Assembly: GCA_964016885.1 (NCBI GenBank)
Contig: OZ024754.1
Location: 6,076,001 to 6,140,000 of the forward strand
Length of the DNA stretch: 64,000 nt
Direction: 5' to 3'
Source: Eledone cirrhosa
Taxonomy: Eukaryota
The translations under genes and the position numbers were made by a program. This document shows positions 43,531 through 54,720 of the stretch, in pieces. Every line of letters starts with the position of its first letter. Position 1 is the stretch's first letter. A model generated the notes under the pieces. The model had not been told where the DNA came from. It saw nothing but the letters and a program-made list of their open reading frames with translations, and did not search any database.

Positions 43531-43887
43531 GTACTATCAACCCACAATATTCTATAAGTTGGACAAAGTAAACTAAACCAATTCTGCTCCTATCCAATCC
43601 TCAGACTATTGTTTCAGGAATTGTATGAGGGGAACGATGAGGGGAACGAGATGTTGGCTTTAGTTTAATATGCCTTACATGTATGTTTGAATATATATAT
43701 ATATATAATGTGTGTATGTATGTATGTATGTGTATGTATGTATGTGTGTATGTGTGTATATATGTGTGTGTGTATGTATGTGTATGTGTATATATATGTG
43801 TATGTATGTATGTGTATATATGTATGTATGTGTATATATATATATGTATGTTTATATGTATGAATATATATATGTATGTGTATGTCA

Positions 43888-44160
43888 GGTCACTAGTTGG
43901 TGCTACTGGTAACATGTATCCCAGTACAACCTGTCTCATGGTCGAGTCGTTGGCGACTAAACTGGCAACCCCACCAAGGTTTCTTGGTGAGGGGGGTGAC
44001 TTTGGACATCCTGCAGGACTAAAAACAAACCTGTCAAAGGGCAAATGAGCTCTTAAGAGTCAATGACCATCCACAATCACCGGGAGAGATGACCCCTTAG
44101 CCTTTGTCAAGGCAGAATTCTAGGAGAAGGAAAACTCTGATATAACACCTGCAACCCTGA
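43888..44160 (+). mobile_element. Probable RTE-type LINE 5' UTR fragment
   Basis: ctaggagaaggaaaactctga and ctggcaacccca resemble motifs I recall from RTE 5' regions; not verified by search. Confidence 0.4.
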
Positions 44161-44398
44161 TGGTATCCAATGATGTTGACTTGTTCTTCTTTTTGGTAAA
44201 TATCATCTTGGTTAAGAGAGTGGGACTGGCTTTGTGCACTGCCTTTGCTCACTATAAAAGTTTCACGGCACAGGAATTGCTTTATATCTGGAGATCTCTC
44301 TGCACTTGTCGTCACATGATACCATGGGCCCAGCACTATGTGTCAATAATTGTCACAAGTGTAGTGTTTGTACCAGAGTTTTCAAGTCGCTGGCTGGA

Positions 44399-44490
44399 CT
44401 AAAAGTTACACTCGTTCAGCGCATCGGTAGGGGTTCTCCTACATGGATATAAAGTAGTGGCCGTACTCGAAAACGAGTTGGCAGCCACCA
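44399..44490. mobile_element. Unclassified ~95-bp structured dispersed repeat (copy 2)
   Basis: Differs from the 17791 copy at about 2 positions. Confidence 0.7.
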
Positions 44491-44843
44491 TATATGTATG
44501 TATATGTGTACGTGTGTGTGTATGTATATATGTGAATATATATATATATATATATAGATAGATATATATAGATGAGGGTGTGTATATATATATATGAATG
44601 TGCATATACATATATGTATGTGCATATACATATATATATGTGAATATATATAGAGAGAGATGTGGGTGTATGTATATGTGTGTACATATATATACATATA
44701 TATATACACACACACATACATACATACACGTAATTCATTAAAAGGAGGAAACTTCAATGTGTGGGGTTGGGTGAAGATGATAGAGGGTGTGTACGTATGT
44801 GTATGTGAATTTATGTATATATATATATGTATATATATGTATA

Positions 44844-44888
<45 letters not shown>

Positions 44889-45216
44889 ATATGTGTATGA
44901 ATTTTCAGACTCAGCTGAAATATTCTATTTATTTTAAATAGAATATTGAATTTTTAGAGAAAAGACATTTTTTTACTTATTTGGTCGATAATCTCAGGAA
45001 ACTGAAACAAAACTTTGAATGGAAACTGATCACACTCAGGAAAAAATGGTAAGACTTCATGTAGGTGAATATTGAAGAGGGGTAGTGGGGAGAGTAGGTG
45101 GTGTTGAGAAAGTGGGGGAAAGGAAGGGGGAGGGGTGGAGCAAAATATGTTGAACAAGAGACAATCAATATATATATATATATTTAAAAGAATAGAGGTG
45201 TAACACACGAATTATG

Positions 45217-45384
45217 ATATATTGGTAAAAGGAAAAGAAAATGCTGACAAATTGTTCCCAGTGAAAAATAGTTTAATTAGGAATAAGTAAAAATTAGTAA
45301 TTACTAATTTTTACTTATTCCTAATTAAACTATTTTTCACTGGGAACAATTTGTCAGCATTTTCTTTTCCTTTTACCAATATAT
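45217..45384. repeat. Perfect 168-bp spacerless palindrome
   Basis: 84-bp arms checked block by block; centre between 45300 and 45301. Confidence 0.95.
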
Positions 45385-45475
45385 ATATATAAGTTATTCC
45401 GGGTTCAATCGGGGGTAACCATAGTAAGTAAGGTACTCAATACATAGCAGAATATAAAAGTTTTAATATAGAAGA

Positions 45476-45524
45476 GCTTCTACAGGACTAGAACTGTTTC
45501 ATTCGTGAGAAATCATCAGGAAGC
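45476..45524 (-). ncRNA. Type I hammerhead ribozyme (family B) within element 45392-45525
   Basis: Reverse complement gcttc-CTGATGA-tttctcacgaat-GAAA-cag-ttctagtc-ctg-TA-gaagc. Confidence 0.82.
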
Positions 45525-45779
45525 AGTCTGTCCAAGTAAGTGGTAGTATTTATATCTTTCTTTCTCTGGGTGGGGATTGGGATGGGTGTAGGTCATTGGT
45601 TGAAGGATTTAAAGAAAGGGGTGTTCATTAAAAGCTAATTCTTTAAATCTATAATATTAACAAAGGCAGAAAGAATACTGTAAACAAGTTCAAAATTGGA
45701 ATACCAATCCTTGTTTATCAAAATTGGAATACCAATTCTTGTTTATCTTGTTTATCAAAATTGGAATACCAGTCCTTGT

Positions 45780-45811
<32 letters not shown>

Positions 45812-45814
<3 letters not shown>

Positions 45815-46032
45815 AAGGCGTGTGGCTGAGTAGTTAGAGAATTGGATTCGCAATCGTGAGGTTGTGAGTTCAATTCCTGGACCGGGCGATGCGTTATGTC
45901 CTTGAGCAAGACATTTTATTTCACGTTGCTCCTTTTACCTGGAGTTGCGACCGATAGATAGTATTAGCAATTGGAAAGACCAACGGAAACATTGTTTCCT
46001 CGGTCCGATTTGATGAAAGTCGATCGTTCCTT
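45812..46032 (+). mobile_element. Full-length tRNA-derived CORE-like SINE
   Basis: A box TGGCTGAGTAG, B box GTTCAATTCC, and gtccttgagcaagacattttatttcacg. Confidence 0.85.
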
Positions 46033-46057
46033 TATATATATAAATGTATATGAATGA

Positions 46058-46196
46058 GTCAGGACCCCGACGGCAGAGATCTTGCCATTTCAATAGCTAG
46101 TTCCAGACTCATTCATATCACCATACTCTACTACCCCAAGTATCGAGTACTCTGGTGAGTAATGGTCTAATCAGTTTCTTCCTGTATCCATCTTGA
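46058..46196. mobile_element. Diverged, rearranged family A element
   Basis: gaccccgacggcagag followed by inverted actctactaccccaagtatcgagtactctgg. Confidence 0.7.
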
Positions 46197-46207
46197 TATA
46201 TACATAT

Positions 46208-46320
46208 CCTGATGAAAGGCTTATGCCCGAAACGTCGTCCCCCACCGTGAACCTAACACTTTGTACTGCACTCTTCGCTTTGTTTTGTTTTCTGTTTTAA
46301 CTATAATATTTTAATTTAAT
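46208..46320 (+). mobile_element. Element beginning at a hammerhead core (stem I lost)
   Basis: c-CTGATGA-aaggcttatgccc-GAAA-CG-TC-g. Confidence 0.6.
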
Positions 46321-46399
46321 AATAATTTAACACACACAAAAACAAGATGGCGTAGAACAGCACAAAGGAGAGGCACAAAAACAAAGAAAAGAATCCCCA

Positions 46400-46442
46400 G
46401 TCACTGAAGAGGTCACAGAATGTGTGACGAAAGAACTTTGAC
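46400..46442 (+). ncRNA. Type I hammerhead ribozyme
   Basis: gtca-CTGAAGA-ggtcacagaatgtgtgac-GAAA-g-aa-c-TT-tgac. One extra G at the base of stem II. Confidence 0.7.
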
Positions 46443-46801
46443 AATATATAAACAATCATCTGGTTGTGGAACCAACCAACCTGAAATTTATAAATTTATT
46501 ATAATAAATTGAAGTGAAAGCAACTGATACGTGTGTTTCTTATTGGCAACATGACCCTCCCAAAGTATAACAATATCGGTTTCAACACACGTTTTCAGAT
46601 AAAGAATCTTGCTAAACAAATTCAGAAACGAAATATAATATATATATATATAAGTATTAAGTTGTTAAACAATATTCGATGATTATGTCAAAGAATGAGT
46701 TTTACAGTAGATTGGAAGCATTCAACGAATAAATCATTTTCAGGAGTTATTAATATTAAAATATAAGTATTAATAAAATAGATGTTCTTTTGATCAATTA
46801 C

Positions 46802-46854
46802 ATTTTATTATACATATTTCGGATGTACAACAGTACGTCCTCATCAGACAAAAT
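46802..46854 (-). ncRNA. Type I hammerhead ribozyme (family C) within element ~46652-46900
   Basis: Reverse complement attttgt-CTGATGA-ggacgtac-tgtt-gtacatcc-GAAA-t-atgt-a-TA-ataaaat. Confidence 0.85.
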
Positions 46855-47055
46855 ATAATGATACATGACATACCCTGAGATGTTAAATGGTTAAGATTTA
46901 ATCAAGGTAGTCAATATATATATATATGTATGTATGAATGAAGTAATTCCGTCGGAAAAGTCCAGGAAAAAGAGTGCTCTATGTAGGTAACAGAGCTTAA
47001 TAGTTATGTATTAAACAACATTTAAAATCCAATGTCAATAAATACGCCAGGATTT

Positions 47056-47115
47056 TTTCATTCTGATGATTGAAAGCAAAATTTTTTGCTTTTAAGAAAC
47101 CACTGGTAAATGAAA
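47056..47115 (+). ncRNA. Type I hammerhead ribozyme (family D-like)
   Basis: tttcatt-CTGATGA-ttgaaagcaaa-attt-tttgcttttaa-GAAA-cc-act-gg-TA-aatgaaa. 7-bp stem I, 11-bp stem II. Confidence 0.85.
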
Positions 47116-47140
47116 TAATTGCCTTACGTTGTTTATTACA

Positions 47141-47205
<65 letters not shown>

Positions 47206-47284
47206 CAGTATATAGAGAAGAAAACACAAAAAGGTATGTTTTCAATTATATATATACTTATATATACTTATATATATATATACT

Positions 47285-47351
<67 letters not shown>

Positions 47352-47535
47352 TTCTAAATATTCTACTAAAAATTTCAGTGTCCTTAAAAACAGACACAAA
47401 ATATCCCTACTGTATTCTATTAACACTAAATTTTCCCGTCTTTACATATCGGAGTATGCGTAGTATGGGTATGTATATGTGTACGTGTGCGTATCTGTAT
47501 GCATATGTGTATGTGTCCGTATCTGTATACATGTA

Positions 47536-47621
<86 letters not shown>

Positions 47622-48094
47622 GTCATGCGCACCAGATTTAAAAATACAAATATCAGCCACGGCCACGCCATTCTCATTATCAACACACATACCACATACT
47701 CTTAACATCATCAACAGAACAACATTAACGACCACAGCGAATGAGATTGAATAAAGAGATTGTTAGTGGCGGAAGGTTGTTAATAAAAGAAATCCTTCAA
47801 CGTGAAGAGAAAGTTTAAGTTGTATTGAGTTTTTATATCTGGCAAGAGTTGGTTCACATGAAAAGATGGGTTTGTCTTTTTAGAGAAGAACTTTTCACCA
47901 TTGAGTCACGTTTGGACATATTTTTGCACCATCAACATCGAACGGTGAATAATTATTTCGCTTCGATTCTCTTACATTGATAAAATGTAATTTACCATTT
48001 CCATAAAATGCTAATAGCAGAAGCAGAAACATAGGAGAAAGAACAGCAAAAACACCAGTAAAAACATAATATAACGACTGCAACAGCAGCTGTA

Positions 48095-48918
48095 GTTGTT
48101 GTTGTTGTTGTTGCTATTGTTATTGGTGATGGCGATAGTGATGTTAAATACTGCTCATAGTTTCTTTGTTGTTTTTATATACATTGTCTTGGTTTTGTTG
48201 TTGTTCTTATTGTTGTTGTTGTTGTTGTTGTTGCTATTGTTATTGGTGATGGCGATAGTAATGTTAATACTGTTCATAGTTTCTTTGTTGTTTTTATATA
48301 CATTTTCTTAGTTTTGTTGTTGTTCTTATTGTTGTTGTTCTTATTGTTGTTGTTTTTATATACATTTCCTTAGTTTTGTTGTTGTTCTTATTGTTGTTGT
48401 TGTTTTTATACATTTTCTTGGTGTTGTTGTTGTTGCTATTGTTATTGGTGATGGCGATACTGATGTTAAATACTGCTCATAGTTTCTTTGTTGTTTTTAT
48501 GTACATTTTCTTGGTTTTGTTGTTGTTCTTATTGTTGTTGTTGTTGTTGCTATTGTTATTGGTGATGGCGATAGTGATGTTAAATACTGCTCATAGTTTC
48601 TTTGTTGTTTTTATGTACATTTTCTTGGTTTTGTTGTTGTTCTTATTGTTGTTGTTGTTGTTGTTGCTATTGTTATCGGTGATGGCGATAGTGATGTTAA
48701 ATACTGCTCATAGTTTCTTTGTTGTTTTTATATACATTTTCTTAGTTTTGTTGTTGTTCTTATTGTTGTTGTTGTTTTTATACATTTTCTTGGTGTTGTT
48801 GTTGTTGCTATTGTTATTAGTGATGGCGATAGTGATGTGAAAACTGCTCATAGTTTCTTTGTTGTTTTTATATACATTTTCTTAAAATTGGTGCTGTTGT
48901 TGTTGTTGTTGTTGTTGC
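48095..48918. repeat. ~110-150-bp composite tandem repeat containing (TTG)n, about 6 copies
   Basis: Recurrent gtgatggcgatagtgatgttaaatactgctcatagtttctttg. Confidence 0.9.
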
Positions 48919-49076
48919 ATGATGGGGTAAGGGAGGTAATAACGATGTTTTTGTTGCACCAACTTGTATGTCTGTATTCACCACAACTGTCTCTGTCGAC
49001 AACATATATATATATATATTATATATGTGTGTGTGTATGTGTATATTATATATGTGTGGGTGTATGTGTTTGTGTG

Positions 49077-49198
49077 AAACTAGCTGTTGAGACGGCAAGA
49101 GCTCAGCCGTCGGGACCCGACTTTTCATAATATAACCTCACTCTACTACCCCAAGTATTGAGTAATAGTATAAGTAGTTTTAAACCGGTTCTATCCTG

Positions 49199-49200
<2 letters not shown>
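49077..49200 (+). mobile_element. Diverged family A element
   Basis: gacggcaagagctcagccgtcggg...ctctactaccccaagtattgagta. Confidence 0.7.
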
Positions 49201-49234
<34 letters not shown>

Positions 49235-49246
49235 GTGTGAGTGTGT

Positions 49247-49294
<48 letters not shown>

Positions 49295-49321
49295 ATATAT
49301 ATGTATGTGTATATATACATA

Positions 49322-49378
<57 letters not shown>

Positions 49379-49439
49379 GTACATATATATACATACACAT
49401 ATATATATATATGTGTGTGTGTTTGTGTGTGTATGTATA

Positions 49440-49551
<112 letters not shown>

Positions 49552-49819
49552 TATATAATATAGTGGAGGATAGAGAATCTAATATAGATGAAGTGCTAAC
49601 TCTGTCTGTGTATCTGTAGATATTGTTATGAAGATAGCATATCATAGATGTCAGCCATACCGCCATATATATCATATGAGGCAGAAACCTATCCCATGAT
49701 GCTCCACAAACATATCTGACGACAAATGATTTCTGAAATATAAACCTCGGCTGTTGAAGAATTAATTGTTGATTGATGTTCTATAGGTAACTGACACTAT
49801 AAGATGATTAGTTTCACAT

Positions 49820-49838
49820 GTGTATGTATATATATATG

Positions 49839-49901
<63 letters not shown>

Positions 49902-49987
49902 GATATTAATAAATATATATATATATGTATATATGTATATATATATGTATATATGTATATATATATATGTATATGTATATGTATATT

Positions 49988-50018
<31 letters not shown>

Positions 50019-50047
50019 GTATATATGTATATATATGTATATATATG

Positions 50048-50094
<47 letters not shown>

Positions 50095-50459
50095 ATGTAT
50101 ATATGTATATGTATATATGTATATATATGTATATGTATATATGTATATATATGTATATATATGTATATATATATATATATGTATATATATATGTATATAT
50201 ATATGTATATATATATGTATGTATATATATATATGGATATATATATGTGTATATATATATATGGATATATATATGTGTATATATATATATGGATATATAT
50301 ATGTGTATATATATATGTATATATATATGTATGTATATATATATGTATATATATGTATATATATATATGTATATATATATATGTATATATATATATATGT
50401 ATATGTATATATATATATATGTATATGTTTATGTATATATATGTATATGTATATATATG

Positions 50460-50492
<33 letters not shown>

Positions 50493-50498
50493 GTATAT

Positions 50499-50558
<60 letters not shown>

Positions 50559-50578
50559 GTATATATATGTATATGTAT

Positions 50579-50610
<32 letters not shown>

Positions 50611-50977
50611 GTGTATGTATATATATATATATATGTATATGTATATGTATATATATATAGATATATGTATATGTATATATATAGATATATGTATATGTAT
50701 ATATATAGATATATGTATATGTATATATATAGATATATGTATATGTATATATATAGATATATGTATATGTATATATATAGATATATGTATATGTATATAT
50801 ATAGATATATGTATATGTATATATATAGATATATGTATATGTATATATATAGATATATGTATATGTAAATATATAGATATATGTATATGTATATATATAG
50901 ATATATGTATATGTATGTATATATAGATATATGTATATGTATATGTATGTATATATATATGTATATGTATATGTATG

Positions 50978-51008
<31 letters not shown>

Positions 51009-51194
51009 GTATATGTATATATATATATATGTATATATATATATGTATATGTATATATATATATATGTATATATATATATGTATATATATATATGTATAT
51101 GTATATATATATATATGTATATATATATATGTATATGTATATATATATATATGTATATATATATATGTATATGTATATATATATATATGTATAT

Positions 51195-51278
<84 letters not shown>

Positions 51279-51311
51279 GTATATATATATATGTATATGT
51301 ATATATATATG

Positions 51312-51370
<59 letters not shown>

Positions 51371-51383
51371 GTATATATATATG

Positions 51384-51446
<63 letters not shown>

Positions 51447-51766
51447 GTATATATATATATGTATATATGTATATATATATATATGTAAGTATATGTATAT
51501 GTATATGTATATATTTAGATATATATGTATATATATGTAAGTATATGTATATGTATATGTATATATTTAGATATATATGTATATATATGTAAGTATATGT
51601 ATATGTATATGTATATATATAGATATATATGTATATATATGTAAGTATATGTATATGTATATGTATATATATAGATATATATGTATATATATGTAAGTAT
51701 ATGTATATGTATATATATAGATATATATGTATATATATGTATATATATATATATATGTATATATGT
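49820..51766. repeat. 1.9-kb (TA)n/(TATATG)n field
   Basis: Direct reading. Confidence 0.95.
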
Positions 51767-51875
51767 AACGAAGATGGTGTGGTAAGGAACCAGAACGCAC
51801 CAGAGTACTCAATACTTAGGGTAGTAGAGTGGGTACCATCGAAACAGCTTGAGCTCTGCCGTCGGGGTTAAACAT

Positions 51876-51880
<5 letters not shown>
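51767..51880. mobile_element. Family A element with internal deletion and inversion
   Basis: aacgaagatggtgtggtaaggaacc...gagtgggta then cgaaacagcttgagctctgccgtcgggg. Confidence 0.75.
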
Positions 51881-51908
<28 letters not shown>

Positions 51909-52007
51909 GCTTACATTTCTAATAATATATATATATATATTTATATATATATATATATAATTAATAATAATAAAATGTAGATTGCTTGAAGCATTGTATA
52001 TATTATA

Positions 52008-52108
52008 TAATTGTTTCTACTTTTGGCACAAGGTCAGCAATTAACCAGTGCATTACTGGTACTTTATTTTATCGACCCCGTAAGGATGAAAGGCAAAGTC
52101 AACCTCGG
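52008..52108 (-). mobile_element. Meta-like SINE 3' part
   Basis: actggtactttattttatcgaccccgtaaggatgaaaggc. Confidence 0.8.
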
Positions 52109-52159
52109 GTTTGTATATATTATATAATGTTGAATGTGATATATGTAATTAGGCTAAAC

Positions 52160-52640
52160 AATGCTATCACTCAGTGCTATCACTCAGTGCTATCACTCAA
52201 TGCTTTCACTCAATGCTGTCATCACTAACACCGTCACTCAAATCTATCACTCAGTGTTTTCACTCAATGTCACCACTAATACTTTCACTCAATGATGACC
52301 ATCACTCAATGACCATCAGTCAATGTTATCACTCAATACCGTCACTGAATGCCGTCACTCAATACTGTCACTCAATGCCGTCACTCAATACTGTCACTCA
52401 ATGCCGTCACTCAATGCCGTCACTCAATACTGTCACTCAATGCCGTCACTCAATACCATCACTCAATACCATCACTCAATACCATCACTCAATACCATCA
52501 CTCAATACCGTCATTCAATACCGTCACTCAGTACCATCACTCCATGCCGTCGTTCAATACTCTCACTCAATACCGCCACTCAATACTCTCTCTCAATACC
52601 GTCATTACACACTCTCACTCAACACTCTCACTCCACATCA
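52160..52640. repeat. 14-bp minisatellite
   Basis: Unit tcactcaat(ac/gc)(c/t)g. Confidence 0.9.
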
Positions 52641-53837
52641 TCACTCACTCCACAACTCACGTGGTCTACTCCCTTACAAATCATGCTCTGGATTTTTCTC
52701 CCGTCAAATATCTCTACAATATCAAAACCCCTGTCTTTCCCAATATCAACTATTTAACACCTTAAACCCCATCCCTTCCTGTCCCCTTCTTCACAATATT
52801 CCGGACATTTCCGTAACTCCCCCTTTCTTTCCCTCTCTCTCCCACTCTCTCTCTCTCTCACTCTTTCGCTCTCTCTCCCCCACTCTCTCGCTCTCTCTCC
52901 CCCACTCTCTCGCTCTCTCTCCCACTCTCTCGCTCTCTCTCCCACTCTCTCTTCCTTCCCTTTCTCTCTCTTTCTCGCTCTCACTCCTTGCGCTCCTCGT
53001 TCTCTCTCCCTCCTTCTCTGCCTCCCTCCTTCTCTCCCTCTCTCTCTCTCCCTCTCTCTCTCTCCCTCCCTCCCTTTCCCGCCCTTTCCCTCCCTCCACC
53101 CCCCACCCCCATCCACTTCCACCTCCCCCCCATCCCCCTATACCCCCCCTATCTCTTCCCCTCTCTCTCCCCCCCTCTCTCTAAACTGTCGTCTTTATTT
53201 CCCATACCCTCCCCCACCAGCTTTTAATTTCCTTTTTCACTTAATGTATATTCTTATATTTTTATATTTTGTTTTGTTTTGGATTTCGTTTTTCTATTAT
53301 TATTATTATTATTATTCTATCGTCTCAATAGTTTGTTTGTTTTATCCCTTAAAAATAACCCCCAGTCCCACTCAAGCCCCCACCACAGTCCCCAGCCCTA
53401 CCCAAGCCCTACCTCCCATCATTTACCATGTCTTAGTGTCGTTATTGTCCCCCCAAAGTTTATATATTTTCCATTTTCTTTCCATTCTATTTTTATATTT
53501 ATTTTTCTAATGTTCCTCTTTTGTTGTTCATGTCTCTCGCCTCATTACCTCATATCTCTCTCCCCCTCTCTCTCTCGCCTCATTACCTCATATCTCCCTC
53601 TCTCCCCCCTCCCTCCCCCGCCTCTCCCTCTCTCTCTCTCCCTCTCTCTCTCCCCCCCTCGCTCCCCCCCACCTTCTCTCTCCCCCTCTCTCTCCCCCTC
53701 TCTATCTTTCTCCCTCCCTCTCTCTCCCCCCTCTCTCTCCCCCCTCTCTCCCCCCTCTATCTCTCTCCCCTCTCTCTCTCCCCTCTCTCTCTCCCCTCTC
53801 TCTCTCCTCTCTCTCCCCTCTCTCTCTCTCTCCCTTC

Positions 53838-54095
53838 CCACCCACGGTCCTATTAACACCACCCTAACCATCAACCTACCTACCTACCCACCCACCATTG
53901 CCACCCACAGTCCTGTCAACACCACCCTAACCACCCTCCCACCCACAGCCCTGTCAACACCACCCTAACCACCCTCCTACCCACAGCCCTGTCAACACCA
54001 CCCTAACCACCCTCCCACCCACAGCCCTGTCAACACCACCCTAACCACCCGCCCACCCACAGCCCTCCCAACACCACCCTAACCATCAACCTACT
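53838..54095. repeat. 38-bp minisatellite
   Basis: Unit ccacagccctgtcaacaccaccctaaccaccctcccac. Confidence 0.85.
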
Positions 54096-54409
54096 CAACG
54101 CCACCATTTCCTCTCCCCAACTATTACAAAACATCGATTTGCCTTCATTAACGACCGCCACTAACCAAATATTATTTTCTGGAATCACTGCAGAGGTGGC
54201 GGGGGTGGTGGTGGTGGTGGAGATGTTGATAGTGGTGGTGGAGGTGGAGATGTTGATAGTGGTGGTGGTGGTGGTGGTGGAGATGTTGATAGTGGTGGTG
54301 GTGGTGGAGATGTTGATAGTGGTGGTGGTGGTGGAGATGTTGATAGTGGTGGTGGTGGTGGTGGTGGTGGTAGAGGTGGTGGAGGTAGAGGTTGTGATGG
54401 TGGTAGGGA

Positions 54410-54720
54410 GGGGCGAATATAAAAGGGTTAAACGGGGTGGGCGTGGGACAAGGTGGGTGGTTGGGTGGGTCGCGGAACCAGAAGGTTAACTTTGGTCAGT
54501 GTAAGGATGACAAGAAGGTGTGGGGAAGAGGAAGGAGTTGACATTGGTTGAAAGGAGGAGGGAATGGCAAGGAAGGTAAGGTAGATAATGATGGTTTTGG
54601 AACAGACGACAGCGCCATGTGGTGGAGGTTGTCCCGAACAGGAACCGGAAGTGTTCGTGTAGGGCTTGAGAATAGATTAAGGATTATTGGCGGGAAATGT
54701 CACGTGAATAGAATGGCGTA
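54410..54720. promoter_or_regulatory. Candidate promoter or insulator island
   Basis: TATAAAAG (~54418), GGGTGGGCGTGG (~54434), CTCF-like CAGCGCCATGTGGTGG (54610), ACCGGAAGTG (54644), TTGGCGGGAAA (54687), GTCACGTGA (54699), AATGGCG (54712). Confidence 0.5.

Noticed and set aside
45812-45880. tRNA gene
   Set aside because: It has A/B boxes but no full cloverleaf, and continues into a SINE body found in several copies.
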